Source: Hamiltosporidium tvaerminnensis FI-OER-3-3 (Eukaryota > Fungi > Microsporidia). Taken from it: a DNA stretch of 64,000 nucleotides. Under the pieces are notes generated by a model. It was given only the letters and a program-made list of their open reading frames with translations, was not told the origin of the DNA and searched no databases. The DNA is taken from the NCBI GenBank assembly GCA_022605425.2, contig CM061248.1, forward strand, positions 434,001 to 498,000. Reading direction: 5' to 3'. Shown here piece by piece: positions 1 to 13,819 of the stretch (the stretch's first letter is position 1; every line of letters starts with the position of its first letter). The translations under genes were made by a program, and so were the position numbers.

Positions 1-8
1 TTAAGTAA

Positions 9-24
9 GCTGTAGTGCCAAGAA
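9..24 (+). repeat. 3' tip of an RTE-type element/SINE (truncated by window edge)
   Basis: GCTGTAGTGCCAAG plus A-rich tail, the same 3' terminus as the SINE copies near 8056-8070 and 39027-39040 (minus). Confidence 0.45.
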
Positions 25-2731
25 AAAATAAATAAAGAATTGAGCATATTCATTCGTCTTAGTTTTCAAAAAATAAAAATAATCCCATTTTTTTGTAACG
101 CTTTATTTGAATTATGATTCTATGTGTTTGCATGATATCTTTTAAACGTTTACTTTATTCTCGCTCATAACTTTTACGGGATTTGCTTTCTTCAGGCTTC
201 AAAAATCTATAAACGGCATAATTGTGGCAGAATAATTATTTTTTAATTGAGAGGCAAACAAAATAGGCTTTGTATTTTGCAGTTTTATCTGATCTTTATA
301 TACATAGAAAAGAATAATATGCTTTCTGGATATATTCAACTAAAAATCAAAGGAATCATACAGTATATATCAAGCCTTGTGATAGGGCAAAATATATTTC
401 AAAAAAAATTTTAGCCTCCACGTTTCCAGGCTTTTACCATATCATAATTTAAAATCACATATAAAAACCATATTTATCTTCATATTTTGATCGTAGTTTA
501 ACTAGTTTAACTTATGAATTGTATTCTTTATAAGTAGAAAAATATATTGGGATCGAATTATAAAAATTAAACATGTTTTGTTTACTATTTTGATTATACT
601 CGGAAAATTTCACAACAGAAAGAGCTTTTAAACTATGTTTCACATTTTCCGTGGCTTTAGCATAAAAGATTTAAAAATATAGCTGCGTTTTTTACTTGTA
701 ATCAATAGTTTCAGAGTCTGAGCAATGCAAAGAATCTTTATGGCGTCTCTGTTAAACTCCGCTAAGAATAATTCGAACTTATGCAATTTATCGTTATTTT
801 GTATGCCATGCACAAAGAGTAGCTTTTTAAGTAATTACTTATTATTTTACTTTCTTTAAAAAACTCTTTCAAAAAATAGATCTTCTCAATAATACAATAC
901 TTGTGCTTAATATCATAAAAATGTTTTAACGAGATAGTATCCAAATGGTACTTTTGAAATTTAATATCAAAATATTCTTTTTTCATTTTGATATCATATT
1001 ACCTTAAATATTGAAAAATTTTAATACGAGGCTAATTTTCAAATATATGATGTAATAAAACACATAATGACTGATTTGCCACCTGGTTTATCCTGAATTT
1101 TACAAGGTATTGTCTAATATATTTCTTTTTAAGAACTAGTCTTTATTGCAAATTTAAAGTGAAATCTTTCATCGTGAGATCATAATATTGAAATGTATGT
1201 CCAACTTTTTTGTGTAAAACGCTATACATTTTAGATTAGAAAATAAAAGTATTTTGTTGAAATAATACAAGCTTAATATCTTTATATTGCGAAATTACTC
1301 ATATAATTGGGACTTATTAAGAAAAAAAACATGATCCCTTTCTAGATCAAATTTAAAAAGTATAAAAATCTTTGATTTAGGCTTTGTGAAAAAAAAAACA
1401 AGGATTGCATGATTACCAGCAAGTTGACTTAATTATATGGAATTAATATTTTCCTGTCTATTTCAACGCCGTATGGCGCTAATTCCGGATTAGATTGCAA
1501 ATTTCATCTATTAAGAGGCATACACAAGAATTTTTGGACTTATTGTGGTTTCGCCGTTAGATTTTTCGCATTTTTTGTAATTACTTCCAAAAGTTATTTG
1601 AACAATACTTTAGCTATCTGGTCCTATGATGGAAAGAAAGATAACCGTGCAGTAAAATTTAAATTTCCTTTTGTGTTATAAATATTGTCATCATATATAA
1701 CACCAATACCATGGTAATCTTATAGAACGAAGAAATATATACCCTATTGTCAAAAAATCACTAAGATACTAGAATAAATCATAATTGACTCTTTGTTAGT
1801 GTAATTGGAGTAAGAAGAAAAGATTCGAGAAAATTAATATTTATAAGAGTTGTATAAAGTTTTTAGATTTTCAATGGTACGTCGATTATCAATCCACGAA
1901 AAAGAATCTTATTATTATTTTCAAGGTAAGTTATAAACTCGATACAATAAATATAGTTCGATCCTAGATTTATGCATATTCTATGATATTAAATTTAATT
2001 TTAAAAAATAAAATAACTTTATTTTACAACTTAAAAATGCAAAACAATTCGTTTGACAAAGTCTTAAAAAATCGCTAAAACATAAATACTTTGAAAAATG
2101 AATATGAAAAATTTAACTTTTTTCGAAATATATGCAAATTATGACCAAAAAATTGTAAGATAAAAACATATTTGTTATATTTAAACTGAATGTTATTAGG
2201 CTTGATATCTAGTAGAAAATACGATTTTCTAATGCACGAGCGTATGTTTTGTATTTTTCTTTTTCATATTGATGAAAATTTATATAAATAAAAAAAATAA
2301 GTTCAACCTATTAAATCTTTTCATAATAGTGTAAATCGAAATATTCTGTAAGGAAATTAACTTAATTTCAATGTTGAGTCGATGAGTCATTTTAATATGC
2401 GATTTTTGCCAATTAAGAAATTTTTTTTCTTTCAATTCTCAATAATTCAAACAATAACAATATAAAAATAACGAACATTTTTACTAAATCATCTGATGAT
2501 GTATGTTTATAGAATGTCTCGGTTGTTTAACCGTTTGACTGCTACGCGGCGCGAATGCGCTTCGTTCATTTGTCTCGAAAACAGCGACGCAGCGCTTTCG
2601 CGCTGCCAGTCACAGTGTGTCTTTTTGCTCCGTGGAATTGAACGTAGTCTGACCTCGCGAGTACTTTGTAACACGAGTGTATTCTAAACTAACTTTTTAC
2701 CGTTTTTATATATTATTTAAAAAATATAACC

Positions 2732-4417
2732 ATGTCACAGACTATTATTTCGGACGTTGATTCGATTGCTAGCGATTCTGAGGATCGTGAAATTGGTGGT
2801 GACACAAGTAGTGATGAAAGCATTATTATAACTCATCGAAGAAAAAGACTGAGGATTGAAAGTGAGTCTTCTATCTCATCTTCATCTTCAGAAGCAGAGG
2901 AAACACCAACTTTTACGAATATTCTTCCGACTAATGTGTTTTCCAAAGCAACAAATAATTTTTTCGAGACTCCTGAACCTAGATGTGCGCCTCCCCCCGA
3001 TGCTTCACCGGTAACATATTTCAATTTATTTTTTACCACATCACTCCTTGAAACCATTGTAAGGGAAACAAATCGATATGCTACCCAGTTTTTTGCCTCG
3101 CACACTGTTTTGAATAATTCTCGAGCAAAAAAGTGGACGCCGACAACGATATACGAAATCAAAGCCTTTATTGCAGTCTTACTCGAAATGGGGATTACGA
3201 GAAGGCCAACAATTGATAGTTATTGGGCAACAGGTTCCCGGCAATTACCATGGTTTAGGACAATGTTTTCAAGGGATAGGTTTCAACTGATTTTGAAGTA
3301 TTTTCACTTGATTGACAATACGTCATTATTTGAACCAGGACATCCGAATTATGACCCATGCGGCAGATTTGATATGCTTGTCAAACATGCAAATACTGTA
3401 TTTCAGCGGTATTATATACCAAATCAACAATTATCTATCGACGAGTCGTTAGTTGGTACTCACTGTCATTCTGCCATAAAACAATACATCCCAAACAAAA
3501 AACACCATAAATGGGGGATAAAATTTTGGATGTTGTGCGACTCGATTTCTAAATATTGCTTGGGTTTTTTTTGCTACAGAGGAGCTAAAAATACAGATGA
3601 CAGAGATTTAGTACAAAAATATGGCCTTGGATTTACGGTTGCGCGAAAATTGCACACAACTGGCAATTATCTGTTCAAGGGCTATCATCTGTTTACAGAT
3701 AATTTTTACACAAGCTTACGCTTGGCCAAAGCCCTTTTGAAACAAAATACTTATCTAACTGGAACAATTAGACGTAACAGAAAAGAGATTCCTCCAGAAG
3801 CTAAGAAAGCAATCGTAGGAGAAGCGAAATACATGGCACATGAAAATGTATTGATGTGCTCTTTCAGGGACAAAAAGTCCAAACCAAACCCAGTCATACT
3901 GATTTCATCAAATTCGGATACTAATAGTGTGACGATCAAGAAAAAGAAAGGGAATTTTAAAAACGAAAAGATGAAACCAAGCATGATTCATGACTACAAT
4001 AAATACATGGGTGGTGTGGACGAGTGCGACAAAATGCTATACGTGTATTTAGACGAGCGAAGAACCCTCAAGTATTGGAAGAAAGTAGTATTCAACGTAT
4101 TTGGAAGAATGGTGCTGAACTCATATATTTTATATGTTTCAAACACTACTGAAAAAAAAATGAACCGGCTCAAATTTACAGCGAAAATTATTGACGACAT
4201 CGAAAAGGAGTGGATGTACCATAAAAATAGCGTGTCAACACAACCATCTTCATCAACTAATAAATTTGCGCTTGAAAAATTACCGGGTCGTAACTTACGA
4301 CAATGTGCGGTGTGTAGCAACAGAAGGAGCGGGATCAAGCGATCCCACCTTATTTGCGCTTGTTGTAAAAAAGGCCTTCACGCTATTTGTGCGGCAAAAC
4401 ATAGTTGTAATACATAA
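2732..4417 (+). CDS. piggyBac transposase (PGBD4-like, DDE_Tnp_1_7), 561 aa
   Basis: Acidic/Ser-rich N-terminus, MFSRDRFQLILKYFH, catalytic motifs LSIDESL, FTDNFYTS and YMGGVDECDKM, C-terminal Cys-rich domain (CAVC...CACC...H..C). Confidence 0.96.
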   Translation: MSQTIISDVDSIASDSEDREIGGDTSSDESIIITHRRKRLRIESESSISSSSSEAEETPTFTNILPTNVFSKATNNFFETPEPRCAPPPDASPVTYFNLFFTTSLLETIVRETNRYATQFFASHTVLNNSRAKKWTPTTIYEIKAFIAVLLEMGITRRPTIDSYWATGSRQLPWFRTMFSRDRFQLILKYFHLIDNTSLFEPGHPNYDPCGRFDMLVKHANTVFQRYYIPNQQLSIDESLVGTHCHSAIKQYIPNKKHHKWGIKFWMLCDSISKYCLGFFCYRGAKNTDDRDLVQKYGLGFTVARKLHTTGNYLFKGYHLFTDNFYTSLRLAKALLKQNTYLTGTIRRNRKEIPPEAKKAIVGEAKYMAHENVLMCSFRDKKSKPNPVILISSNSDTNSVTIKKKKGNFKNEKMKPSMIHDYNKYMGGVDECDKMLYVYLDERRTLKYWKKVVFNVFGRMVLNSYILYVSNTTEKKMNRLKFTAKIIDDIEKEWMYHKNSVSTQPSSSTNKFALEKLPGRNLRQCAVCSNRRSGIKRSHLICACCKKGLHAICAAKHSCNT

Positions 4418-4477
4418 ATTTTTTAAGTAAGAGTCAGAATTTTTCACTCTCATGAAAACGATCCTTTACGTTCAAAA

Positions 4478-4527
4478 ACACTAGGTAGTATCACATAATA
4501 ATATTATTTTGTGATACTACCTAGTGT
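4478..4527. repeat. 50-bp near-perfect palindrome in piggyBac 3' region
   Basis: ACACTAGGTAGTATCACA-T-AATAATATTATT-T-TGTGATACTACCTAGTGT; a single T:T mismatch. Confidence 0.9.
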
Positions 4528-7500
4528 ATTATCTATAGTAATTGTTATCATGTATCACCTAGTGCCTACGCCGGAATCATTCGAAATCATTGATTCACGT
4601 GCTGATCAATAGAGAAAATCAATAAACTTTAAGTTATCTTTTTATAAATTTTAATTTTTAACGACCACTTGTTTTTCTATGTTATCAATAACACTTGTTA
4701 CATTGTAGTTGTGCGAAACAATATATATATATAAAAAAAATTGACAACATCAATTGAAAATAAGTCCCGCAGTTTTCGTGCGTTCTTGCAATAATTGCTT
4801 AGCAGCCAAACGGTTAAGGAGTTTCGCAATACAAAGGCAAAATTCAAAGTAATAAATGAAGATTCAAATCGAATCTATTAGCAACAAATACCGTAGTGTT
4901 GGATTATAAATTCAAAAGATAGTGCTTTTTTAAAAAACTTATTAAAGCAACTTTAAGCATAAATGCCGAGATTATATTCAAGTTTCGTCTCTTATATTTT
5001 TTTAGGGCCTATTATCGCTTAATATTTATGAGAAAAATCCGTGCTTTTATATTTAGATTTATGAACTTTCGTTTCAAAATTTATATAAAAGTTATTATTT
5101 GAGAAAATCCGAATTCGGCTAGAACAATTTTTGCCTTATATAGAATCGTATGCGGAAAATAGTTTCTTTCTAATATATGCATTTTAAGGCATTTTTAAAG
5201 AGGTGGGCAAAGTTTAGAATTCACTATAAAATATTTTTTGCATTAGGTTTAATGAAACGTAATTTTTTTATGGCTAATTCAATTTCCATAAAATCTAATT
5301 TTCTATTTTTCATATCTTTAGAATGAAGAGCTTTGATTTTCAGCAAATAGTTATGTTAGATTCGTAATTCTTTGGGAAATAATTTTTTTATAAAACATAA
5401 AAATAGTGCTAAATATCATATCTTTCATTGGCTTGATTTAGATATGAAATAAAATTAAATAAATATTATATCTTTAAAAATTTAAACTTCTTTTATTGCT
5501 TATATGTTTAAATTTGTAAATCGAAAAATTCAGCTGTTCATCATTGAGCTAATAGTATAGTCGTAAATGAAAGAATATATAAAACAAAGAATTTTTAAAT
5601 TTCCTCTATTTAAAATTTTTTCAATGCAAAACATATAAAAACTATTTATGCGTTGAGTATTTTCTGTGTAATAGAACACTGAATATTTTGAATTCAATAT
5701 ACATGAACATAAATTAAAATGGAATTTCAAATAGAGGTTGTAATAAATAAAGTAAATAAAATGCGCACAAAGCATGAATTAATAATATTTTTTTTAATAA
5801 ATGTATGAAATAGAAGCCATTTTTTAAAGTTTGAGCTCGTCGAAATTTTTAATGACTGTTTTTTTGAGAAATATTTTTTAAGGGTTATATACGTTCTATT
5901 CAATTGTAGGCTTAAACTCATAAGAATCTATAGAGGATATCTTCAGGGCAAACTTGGGGAAAACAAAATTATATACTATAAAACTATGATATAAACCTAA
6001 CTGTTGATTCCTCTATTTGGTTAAAATATATATTTTGAAGCACAAATTTTTCTCTTTTTTTGATTTTTTATTATTTTAGTAATTCAAATCAATGATTTTG
6101 AAGTAACGTAAAATTTATCCTAATATAACTTATTTTTTACTAAACAACTAGATTAAATTTTATAAATATTGCAATGAACGAATCGACTCTTAAACTTTCA
6201 TTCATTTTAAAATATATTTATTTGACTTTTAAATTTTATTGAAACAACATCATTAGCTTCAGTATAATAAATGAAATTCAGGATAAACACTAAATAGAAA
6301 AATTTCTATTTACATCTGAATATTTATTAATTCTAATTATTTAAGAAATAGAATGTCAATTATATTTTAGAGCGATTTTAAAGTTAATCTAAGCATATAT
6401 TTTCAATTGTTATAACATATCATAGATAGGTTGATTAACGGATTTATATAACTTTACAATGTTGGTCGTTTCCGAATTGAATAAATTTAGAGAGCAGAAT
6501 CGCTAGCCAACTTATCTTTGTAACAAAAAACGATGATTGTAAGGTTAAGCAGCCATGCAAGAAAGCAAAAGACAAGTTATAAAAAGTATATCCCAAATAA
6601 ATAAGAAGGGGAATAGATAAATGGAAGACAATTTATTTAGAAACTTTATTGCGAGCACCCAGTCAAAAAAGAATTTACCACTATAGAACTTTTTTGGATT
6701 TTTTTTTACTTTTGAATATAAAACGTTTTTATCTTCAAAATACATTCTTTGGTTTGTAAATATGTTTCTAGATTGGTGGAAATTATAGTGCTATAATATA
6801 AATTCATAAATAAATTAAATTTGAATACAGAAAATTCGAACTTCTTTATTTGTATAGAGAATATCTAATTCATTTTTCTAATCTTTATTTTGAATTCCTA
6901 CAGTGAAACTGGAATTTATTTCAAACTTAAAAATGTATTTAATCAAAGTAATTTTTTTATTTTACAATATCAATGATTAATATAATCATATTTTAAACGT
7001 GTGTTTCTATATTTTTTAATTTTATTAAATGTATACGTTCCTTGGTGTTCACTGGATTTTATTAAAGTTTGGTCTAGTTTTAACTCCATGAAACACAAAT
7101 ACTGAGAATTTTAAGACTTTTTGAAGAAAATTTCGAATGTTTTGAAAACTTTTTTAATATTAAGATAATGTTGGTAATGACCCTATTTATTATTTCAATT
7201 AAATTAATATAATTAATGTTGGTTATAAATGCCAAAATTTGAAATATTTTTGTGGCTCTTAAATCAAGATTTAGGCATGGATGAACTACCGAGAAATTTA
7301 AAACATATAAAATGAAAAATTAATCCATGAATGGAAAAAATATATGTTTAATGTTAAGAAATAATTGAGAAAATGTTCGAGTGTGCACTTATCATAAGGT
7401 TTTTTGATATTTTTCTAAATCAAAAAAAACACACTAAATGACAATTTAATTATTATATAATGAAATACCTAATAATCGTAATTTTTAGTTTGATTTTTCT

Positions 7501-7850
7501 CGTATCATTCATTTAAATAACCTTTGTATCGATTTTGTAATGTTTAATTTAAATTTAAAGTTTTAACGGAAATTAAAGTTTTATTCAATATAAAATCTAT
7601 TTTTCAGTGATAATTTTTTCTGTTTATTCGTCTTTTTCTGTTTAAAAAAACTACGTTTGACTGTAGCCTTTCTATCTTTATATTTCTTTAAAATTTTTTT
7701 TTGCATTTTAAAGTCTTTTATCTTTTTTTTATTCGATTTTTTGTCGATATGATTATTTTAAAATTTTAATATAAAAACCATTACAGTTTTAAACAATGTC
7801 CAAGAGTTGTAGTCTGTATTAAATTTTCTATGATATATTTATCTTCTTTA

Positions 7851-8078
7851 CCATGCGGGGAGCAAAATTGGCTTTGGGTATTCTCTGCTTGTCGTAGGAG
7901 GCGACTGAAAAAGACTGGTCTTTTATGTTGGGATCGGGCGTACGCTAACCAATTAACCTTAACACCACCTTGTTATAAAACCAGAAAATGTAGACAAAAA
8001 TACTTGAAAAAGACCATTGGGCGGTATTACTGAGAACAATCAAGGCTCTTGAAGGGCTGTAGTGCCAACGATAATAAT
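7851..8078 (+). mobile_element. Bipartite RTE-derived SINE-like element, copy A
   Basis: Head GGGAGCA..CTGCTTGTCGTAGGAGGCGACTGAAAAAG, RTE-like 3' end GGGCTGTAGTGCCAA + (ATA)n; homologous to 39016-39240 and 47693-47920; degenerate flanking repeat TATGATA.ATT..TC. Confidence 0.8.
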
Positions 8079-11000
8079 TATGATAGATTATTCAATTAAC
8101 AGTCATTTAACTATAAATATATTAAAAACTCTAATTTTTCTAGCTAGGTCCTTTTTTTAAGAATGATGCACAATCGACAAGTGAATTAGAGCATAGCCAG
8201 AGAAATACCATTTCAAGAAAATTTTCTTTTGATTGGTTAGATTGTCAGCCCAATGTGAACTTTCTTTGAGAAAAATAACGAGAGCACCGCCAAGGAACAA
8301 ATCCGAGCTATCACGATGCTATTCGATACTTTCACCACTAGAAAGTCAGCGATCAAAAGTCTAATATTTTGTTTAGATACAAATATATTTGTTTTGTATT
8401 GACAAATGTACATTATAAACTTAATCATAAAAATATGCATATGCATTTTATGAGGTGTGAGGGCGAATAAAGAGTAAATTATCCTAAAAAAAACGCTAGC
8501 ATGTAGATTTTCATGGTTAGTTTTATATAAATTTTACAAAATCAAAATCGGCTCAGAAACCAATATGCTATAAGTACAGCATCGGAATCGTTTTCTGAAT
8601 GATTTTTCAATAATAAGTTATTATTTTGTTCTGTGATATATATTTGTATGTTTTGTCGGAATTAAGAGGCTTGTGCCTATTTAATATATTTTCTTGATTA
8701 TCATTTACTCCAGCTCAAATTTTTTGATGCATGGTATTAAATGGATTTGCACAAAAGAATTCGGAAATTATTTTTAAAACATATGCATATACTGGAGCCT
8801 TTGATATTATACAAATATTTGATATCAAAATAGAAATGAATGCTCGCTTTTAGATGTTTTATAAAAATTTTAATGATTTATAAGTATATTATGTGAAAAA
8901 TTTCGATATTACAAAAATGAATTTTTACATATCTAATTTGAGCATCGCATTGAATAAGCTCGTAAATCTCAATAAACATATTTTTATTCAATTCGAATAC
9001 AGAAATTAGTATTATTTTAATGGACTTGTACGATATTCTAATGCCTTTGGTATTCACAATTCATTTTACATTATAGTTAAGGGTTTTGTTATTTTAATTT
9101 TATTTTATGTTCAATAAATTTCTTTTTGAATTTATAGTAGGTTCGGATTGGGTTATAACTTGTTTCGAATTCGTAAGAATGTCGATTTTTTATCCTGTTT
9201 TTCTGTTTATTTTCAGGCTTTCCAAATCAAAAATGTTTTATTTTATATGTTTTATTGCATATATTATGATATTTATATTTAATATGTATATTTATTTAAT
9301 TATAGAGTTTGTGGAGTAATAATGTTAAATAAGGAAATAGATCACAATATCACTCAAATTTGCTATCATATTAAATCGAGAAATAACATTATTCTTCAAG
9401 CTAGGTATTTTTTCGTCGGGAAGTATAATAATTTACCGCGATTTTATACTTTTTAGAATGAAAATGATATTTAATTTAAAAAATCAATATGATCGCAATT
9501 TGCAGCTTTAAATTGTTTTTTGAAAGCAGGGAAACTAAATTCATGATATTGAATATTTATTTACATTTTATTTGATTTTTTCCTTGTATTTCTACTATTT
9601 TTCTATCTTTATAATTTAAAAAATTCTAGTCTAAATAAAAAATTCTATTTGGTCTCAATAGATTCTATTCCTTACTAAACAAATAATATATATTGTCATA
9701 ACCATCATATATTATTTCAAAATTTAAACTTAAACGGTATTGGTAACCTTTTAATTCATGACTTATATTATATATTGAATTCATATATTTTACAATCGTA
9801 TATGGAAAATTGTGAAACTACTAAAAAATGTTGGTTTTGATCAAGCGGTTTATTAAATTTTAATTTTAGCTCTTTTGGCTGAAATTTTTATATGGTTTTA
9901 TGAATAGATGAGTTGGTTTTTTATTTTGTATGAAATAAATATAAAAAAATTGCAAAATCTCCTTACAAAATTTACTACAGCTTATGATTCTATCTTTTAC
10001 GAAAATAATATCGGTTTCTATATTTCAATGCCAAAAGATACATCATGAAATTTGGATTTATTTTGTCAAACTTATAAAAATTGATTTCTATTCGAATTTT
10101 TTGATCAAAATTATAGAAAAAATATTACATTTATTTGTTGGTATGATACGTAAATAATCTGTTATCCTTTATTTGTTTAATTATGGGTTTCGTACAGTAA
10201 AATTACTTTTGATTTATTGCTAAAATCAACTTTTTATAATACTATTGTCGAAATGGTTTAATTATTATCAAGCTGTTTAATTTAAAAAAAAATTTCCAAC
10301 CAATTGGGTATTATCTTTTATCATGATAGAATCTGATAAACCATAGTAAATGAAATATTTTTCTTAAGATCCGGAATTAATCTGATTTTCTTTATGTGAA
10401 TGCGTAAATTTTGCGTAGTAAATAGGCTTTGAAAATATTAATAGTATCCCTTCTTCAAATATAATGAAAACGTTTTTTTTCGTTATTTTACATTTGTCAC
10501 TATAAATTATTTCTTTAAAGAATTTTTAGATATAAAAGATCAAAACATATTTTGTAAATTTGGCTCCAAAAAACAAATGACGATATTTTTCTTTCGCTTG
10601 TTATAATAATTATTTTGTTTAATCTGGTTTTTCTGGTTTATTTTCAATCAAATTAAAGCTGTTTTGTTACTTTTCAAACCCTCGGCCTTAATTCGAACAA
10701 ATTATAGTTTCCTGGATTTTCTTAAAAATAACTGGTTTAATATGCTAGAATAATAAAGAAAAATGCTTTTGATTATATTAAAACATATGTTTTCAATGTT
10801 GTCGTATAAAATATTAGGTTCATTAGCGCAAGCAGTAAATAAAGACGGCTTCTTTTTTATTATACTTTTTATACTACTTTAGATATTGTAATCTGCTAAT
10901 TTTATTAATTAAAAAAAAGTTTATAAAATATCTCTTTGAACAAAACATTAAGGTAAAAAACTTTTATATAAAAGTTTCCGCACCTATATGCACCTCTAAA

Positions 11001-12057
11001 ATTTTATAGTATAACCTAGTATTGTTTCTAATTATATTTTGAATTATAAATTACAAATAAGAATTCATAAAAATCATTTGCTTTAAATATCTTTCTGATT
11101 ATTATGTTTAATATTATTTATATAGTCATGTAATGTCCCGATGAAAACGACAACGATGACTTACCTCGAAATTTTTAATTGGTTTTAAAAGTGTAAGCCA
11201 CTAAAAAAGGTGTTTCCATTAAATATATGAATCTTATTATTTGCTAATAATCTCACAAAAATTAATAATGTCTAGAAGAAGAACATGAAATACGTAGAAA
11301 GATTTTATTACTTCAAAAAAATATATGTAACTATTATTAAAAAAATCTTTTTAGATTGTAGTATGTAGCGGAATAACATAATATATGTTTTTTTTGGTTT
11401 TCTAAAGTTTTTGCTTTGTAAAAAAAATAAATTTAATCCGGTTGTTCATACTTTTTTTCTAAAATTTTTACTAAAAGTAAAAAATTGTACAACAAGATCG
11501 ATGCTTTTTAGGTTTTCTTCAGTGCAATTTATTTAAATTATCAATAAACTCTATAAACCAATTATTGCTTGAATCGTTTCATGTGATTTTATACTTGATT
11601 AAATTAAAAGATTTTAAACAGAAATGATAATAATTTGGATAATAAAGGCATTTACTATTACAATATATCATTAAAAAGAACAGTTTTTGAGAAAAAGAAA
11701 ACTCTTCACGAAAAAAATTTCCAACTAGAAAAAAGACGAAATGTTATAAAAATAGGTGGCAAAGTTAACAGAAAATATAAAAGCCGAGCTAAAGCTCTGA
11801 AAAAAATCAAAGTAAATATAACTGAAGCAGAGAAATATAGATTAAAAAAGAGCCTAAAATTTTATTGTGAGATTGCACAATGGCAGCTAAAGATGCGGAT
11901 ATGAAAGACTTAAAAAGAATGCGAACAACAGACATGGCGAGGATATAAAATAAATTTTTTTCAAAGAATGTCAAATTATATTTTGGAAAATTTTGAATTT
12001 AATCATTAAACTTATTTGTGTCAAGAATTAAAAATATGATCTGCCATGGTTTTAAAT

Positions 12058-12821
12058 TAGAGTTGCCGGATGTCTCAATATGGTCGGGAAATCCCGATAT
12101 TTTAGACGTTTACAAAATGTCTCGATATTTTCCCAGTTTCATTATCTGACAGTTTATTTAATGTTTCCTATAAGACCACACTCGGAGATATAAGTCAGGA
12201 GTTCTTGGAAGGCAAACTGAAGGTATCAGTTATCCCTCTGATGTTATAAGAAAAGATCTTTCTATATACCAAACAGATGTCTCGAATCTCTACACCCCTT
12301 GTTTTTTCGTCTCAGTTGCGTGTGATCTTTTCGCTGTGCTACACCTGTTCTGCCTACGCCTACATGCTCACTGGAATCAATAAGAAAATATCAACTAAAA
12401 TGAGAACTCTAATCATCATCAAAGTATGAAAAATAAAAAACCTTTAATAAACAGTTATTTTGAAAGAATCAATGTACGTATTTTAATTTCCTTTTTTTCA
12501 CATTATAACTAGCCATGCTATGAGTTCTGTTACAAGAAAAAGTGTTCCTAGAAAATAAAGTACTCATAGTTCTTGGGGAAAGTAATTTTTTTTAGAAAAT
12601 TATGAACTGCTAATCCTTAGCTTCATATCTGAGATAAACACTAGGCATATTTCAGTGAGCATTTATTTTAGCCAATCTTTATGTCCAATGTTTGAAACAG
12701 AACTTATGGCAAGACTAGATACTTCCGGGGGTTTATCCCGATCATTCATCGAAAATCCCGATTTTTTTACACTTTATACTCATATGTCCCTATATCGGCT
12801 TAAAAAAATCTGGTAACCCTA
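12058..12821. mobile_element. Non-autonomous hAT-type transposon (764 bp)
   Basis: TIRs TAGAGTTGCCGGAT / ATCTGGTAACCCTA; perfect 8-bp TSD TTTTAAAT (12050-12057, 12822-12829); subterminal TCCCGAT repeats. Confidence 0.85.
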
Positions 12822-12991
12822 TTTTAAATATTTAATTGTAAATTTGGTTTATATTTGTTTTACGGTCAGTGAAGCCCTATCTATGTTACGGGAAATTTAA
12901 GTATTTTAGCATTGTACAAATTACCCAAGAAAATTGAGCAATTTGGGACTTTTTATAGATATTTTATAACATGAAAAAACAAGAAAAAATT

Positions 12992-13714
12992 TTTATTTAA
13001 AAATATCACATCTTTTTAAAACTATAGCCAAACTAATTTTTGTTTTTATGGCATTAACGCAGTTCTAGGTTTTACATCTAACTCCCTCCCAAGAAGGCAT
13101 CAGTATAGCTAAAAATTTCTAGTTCCCGGCGCCTTTCATATAAAATATGTTTAGAACCTATGTAATAAGCGATGCAATTTCTCGGTGCTGGTTAAGGTTC
13201 GTTTTATGGAGTTTGATCGAAGGTTGAAGTCTACCCGGGCTTCCCCAGGGCTATGCATTATTCCCACTTGCTTTACACTTGCCGAACCTAAAAAACTCCC
13301 AGCTATGATATATCTCGTAGATTTGCACGTGGTTCACTTGGATACGCAATGTCATACCGACAGGTATAACCTATTTTGGCTTTCCCCGCTTTATAGGGTT
13401 TCATTTTATAGTTTCTCGGCTTCCAAGTCTTCTAACCCGAGTCAGCAAGGCTAGATTCCCAGACTTTTGCATGGCAATCATCTACAAGTTCTCCTACTTT
13501 TACAATCTGATTAGATAAGAACCCACGAAGTATATTTAACAAAAAAGGTTTTGCTATTTCATAGACTTTCTCTCCTTCATAACAACCCTCATGGAACTAC
13601 CGAAAATATAATGTGGTTTTAGCCACGAAAATCCAAACAAGGATTTTAGACTTAATTTCACCTATTCATTGCCAAGTAGAAGATTTTTATTGTGGTTATC
13701 CTTCTTTCATCACA
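12992..13714 (-). mobile_element. ~730-bp non-coding retroposed element, copy A (older, nested in the Ginger-like element)
   Basis: Reverse complement is colinear over its full length with 53221-53954 (e.g. CTCGGGTTAGAAGACTT, GTTATACCTGTCGGTATGAC, AAACCTAGAACTGCGTTAATG). Confidence 0.85.
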
Positions 13715-13819
13715 AAAAGAATAGGAAATATTATTAAAGTAAAAATTTAGTTTAAAAGTCCAAATACCAAAAAGAACACTCTTTTTTATAAAATATCTGC
13801 TCTTTAAATGTTTTCATTT

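Larger units (their letters stand above)
2531..4813 (+). mobile_element. Intact piggyBac DNA transposon
   Basis: TTAA at 2527-2530 and 4814-4817; 14-bp TIRs CCGTTTGACTGCTA / (revcomp) CCGTTTGGCTGCTA; contains an uninterrupted transposase ORF; visibly more GC/CpG-rich than flanks. Confidence 0.96.

Noticed and set aside
2833-4430. Short antisense/overlapping ORFs within the piggyBac, and other <120-aa ORFs across the window
   Set aside because: Shadows of real genes or chance ORFs in AT-rich DNA with no recognisable motifs
8560-10900. Possible heavily decayed LRR-family pseudogene(s) (also 5000-6800)
   Set aside because: Only vague compositional resemblance; no motif I can support
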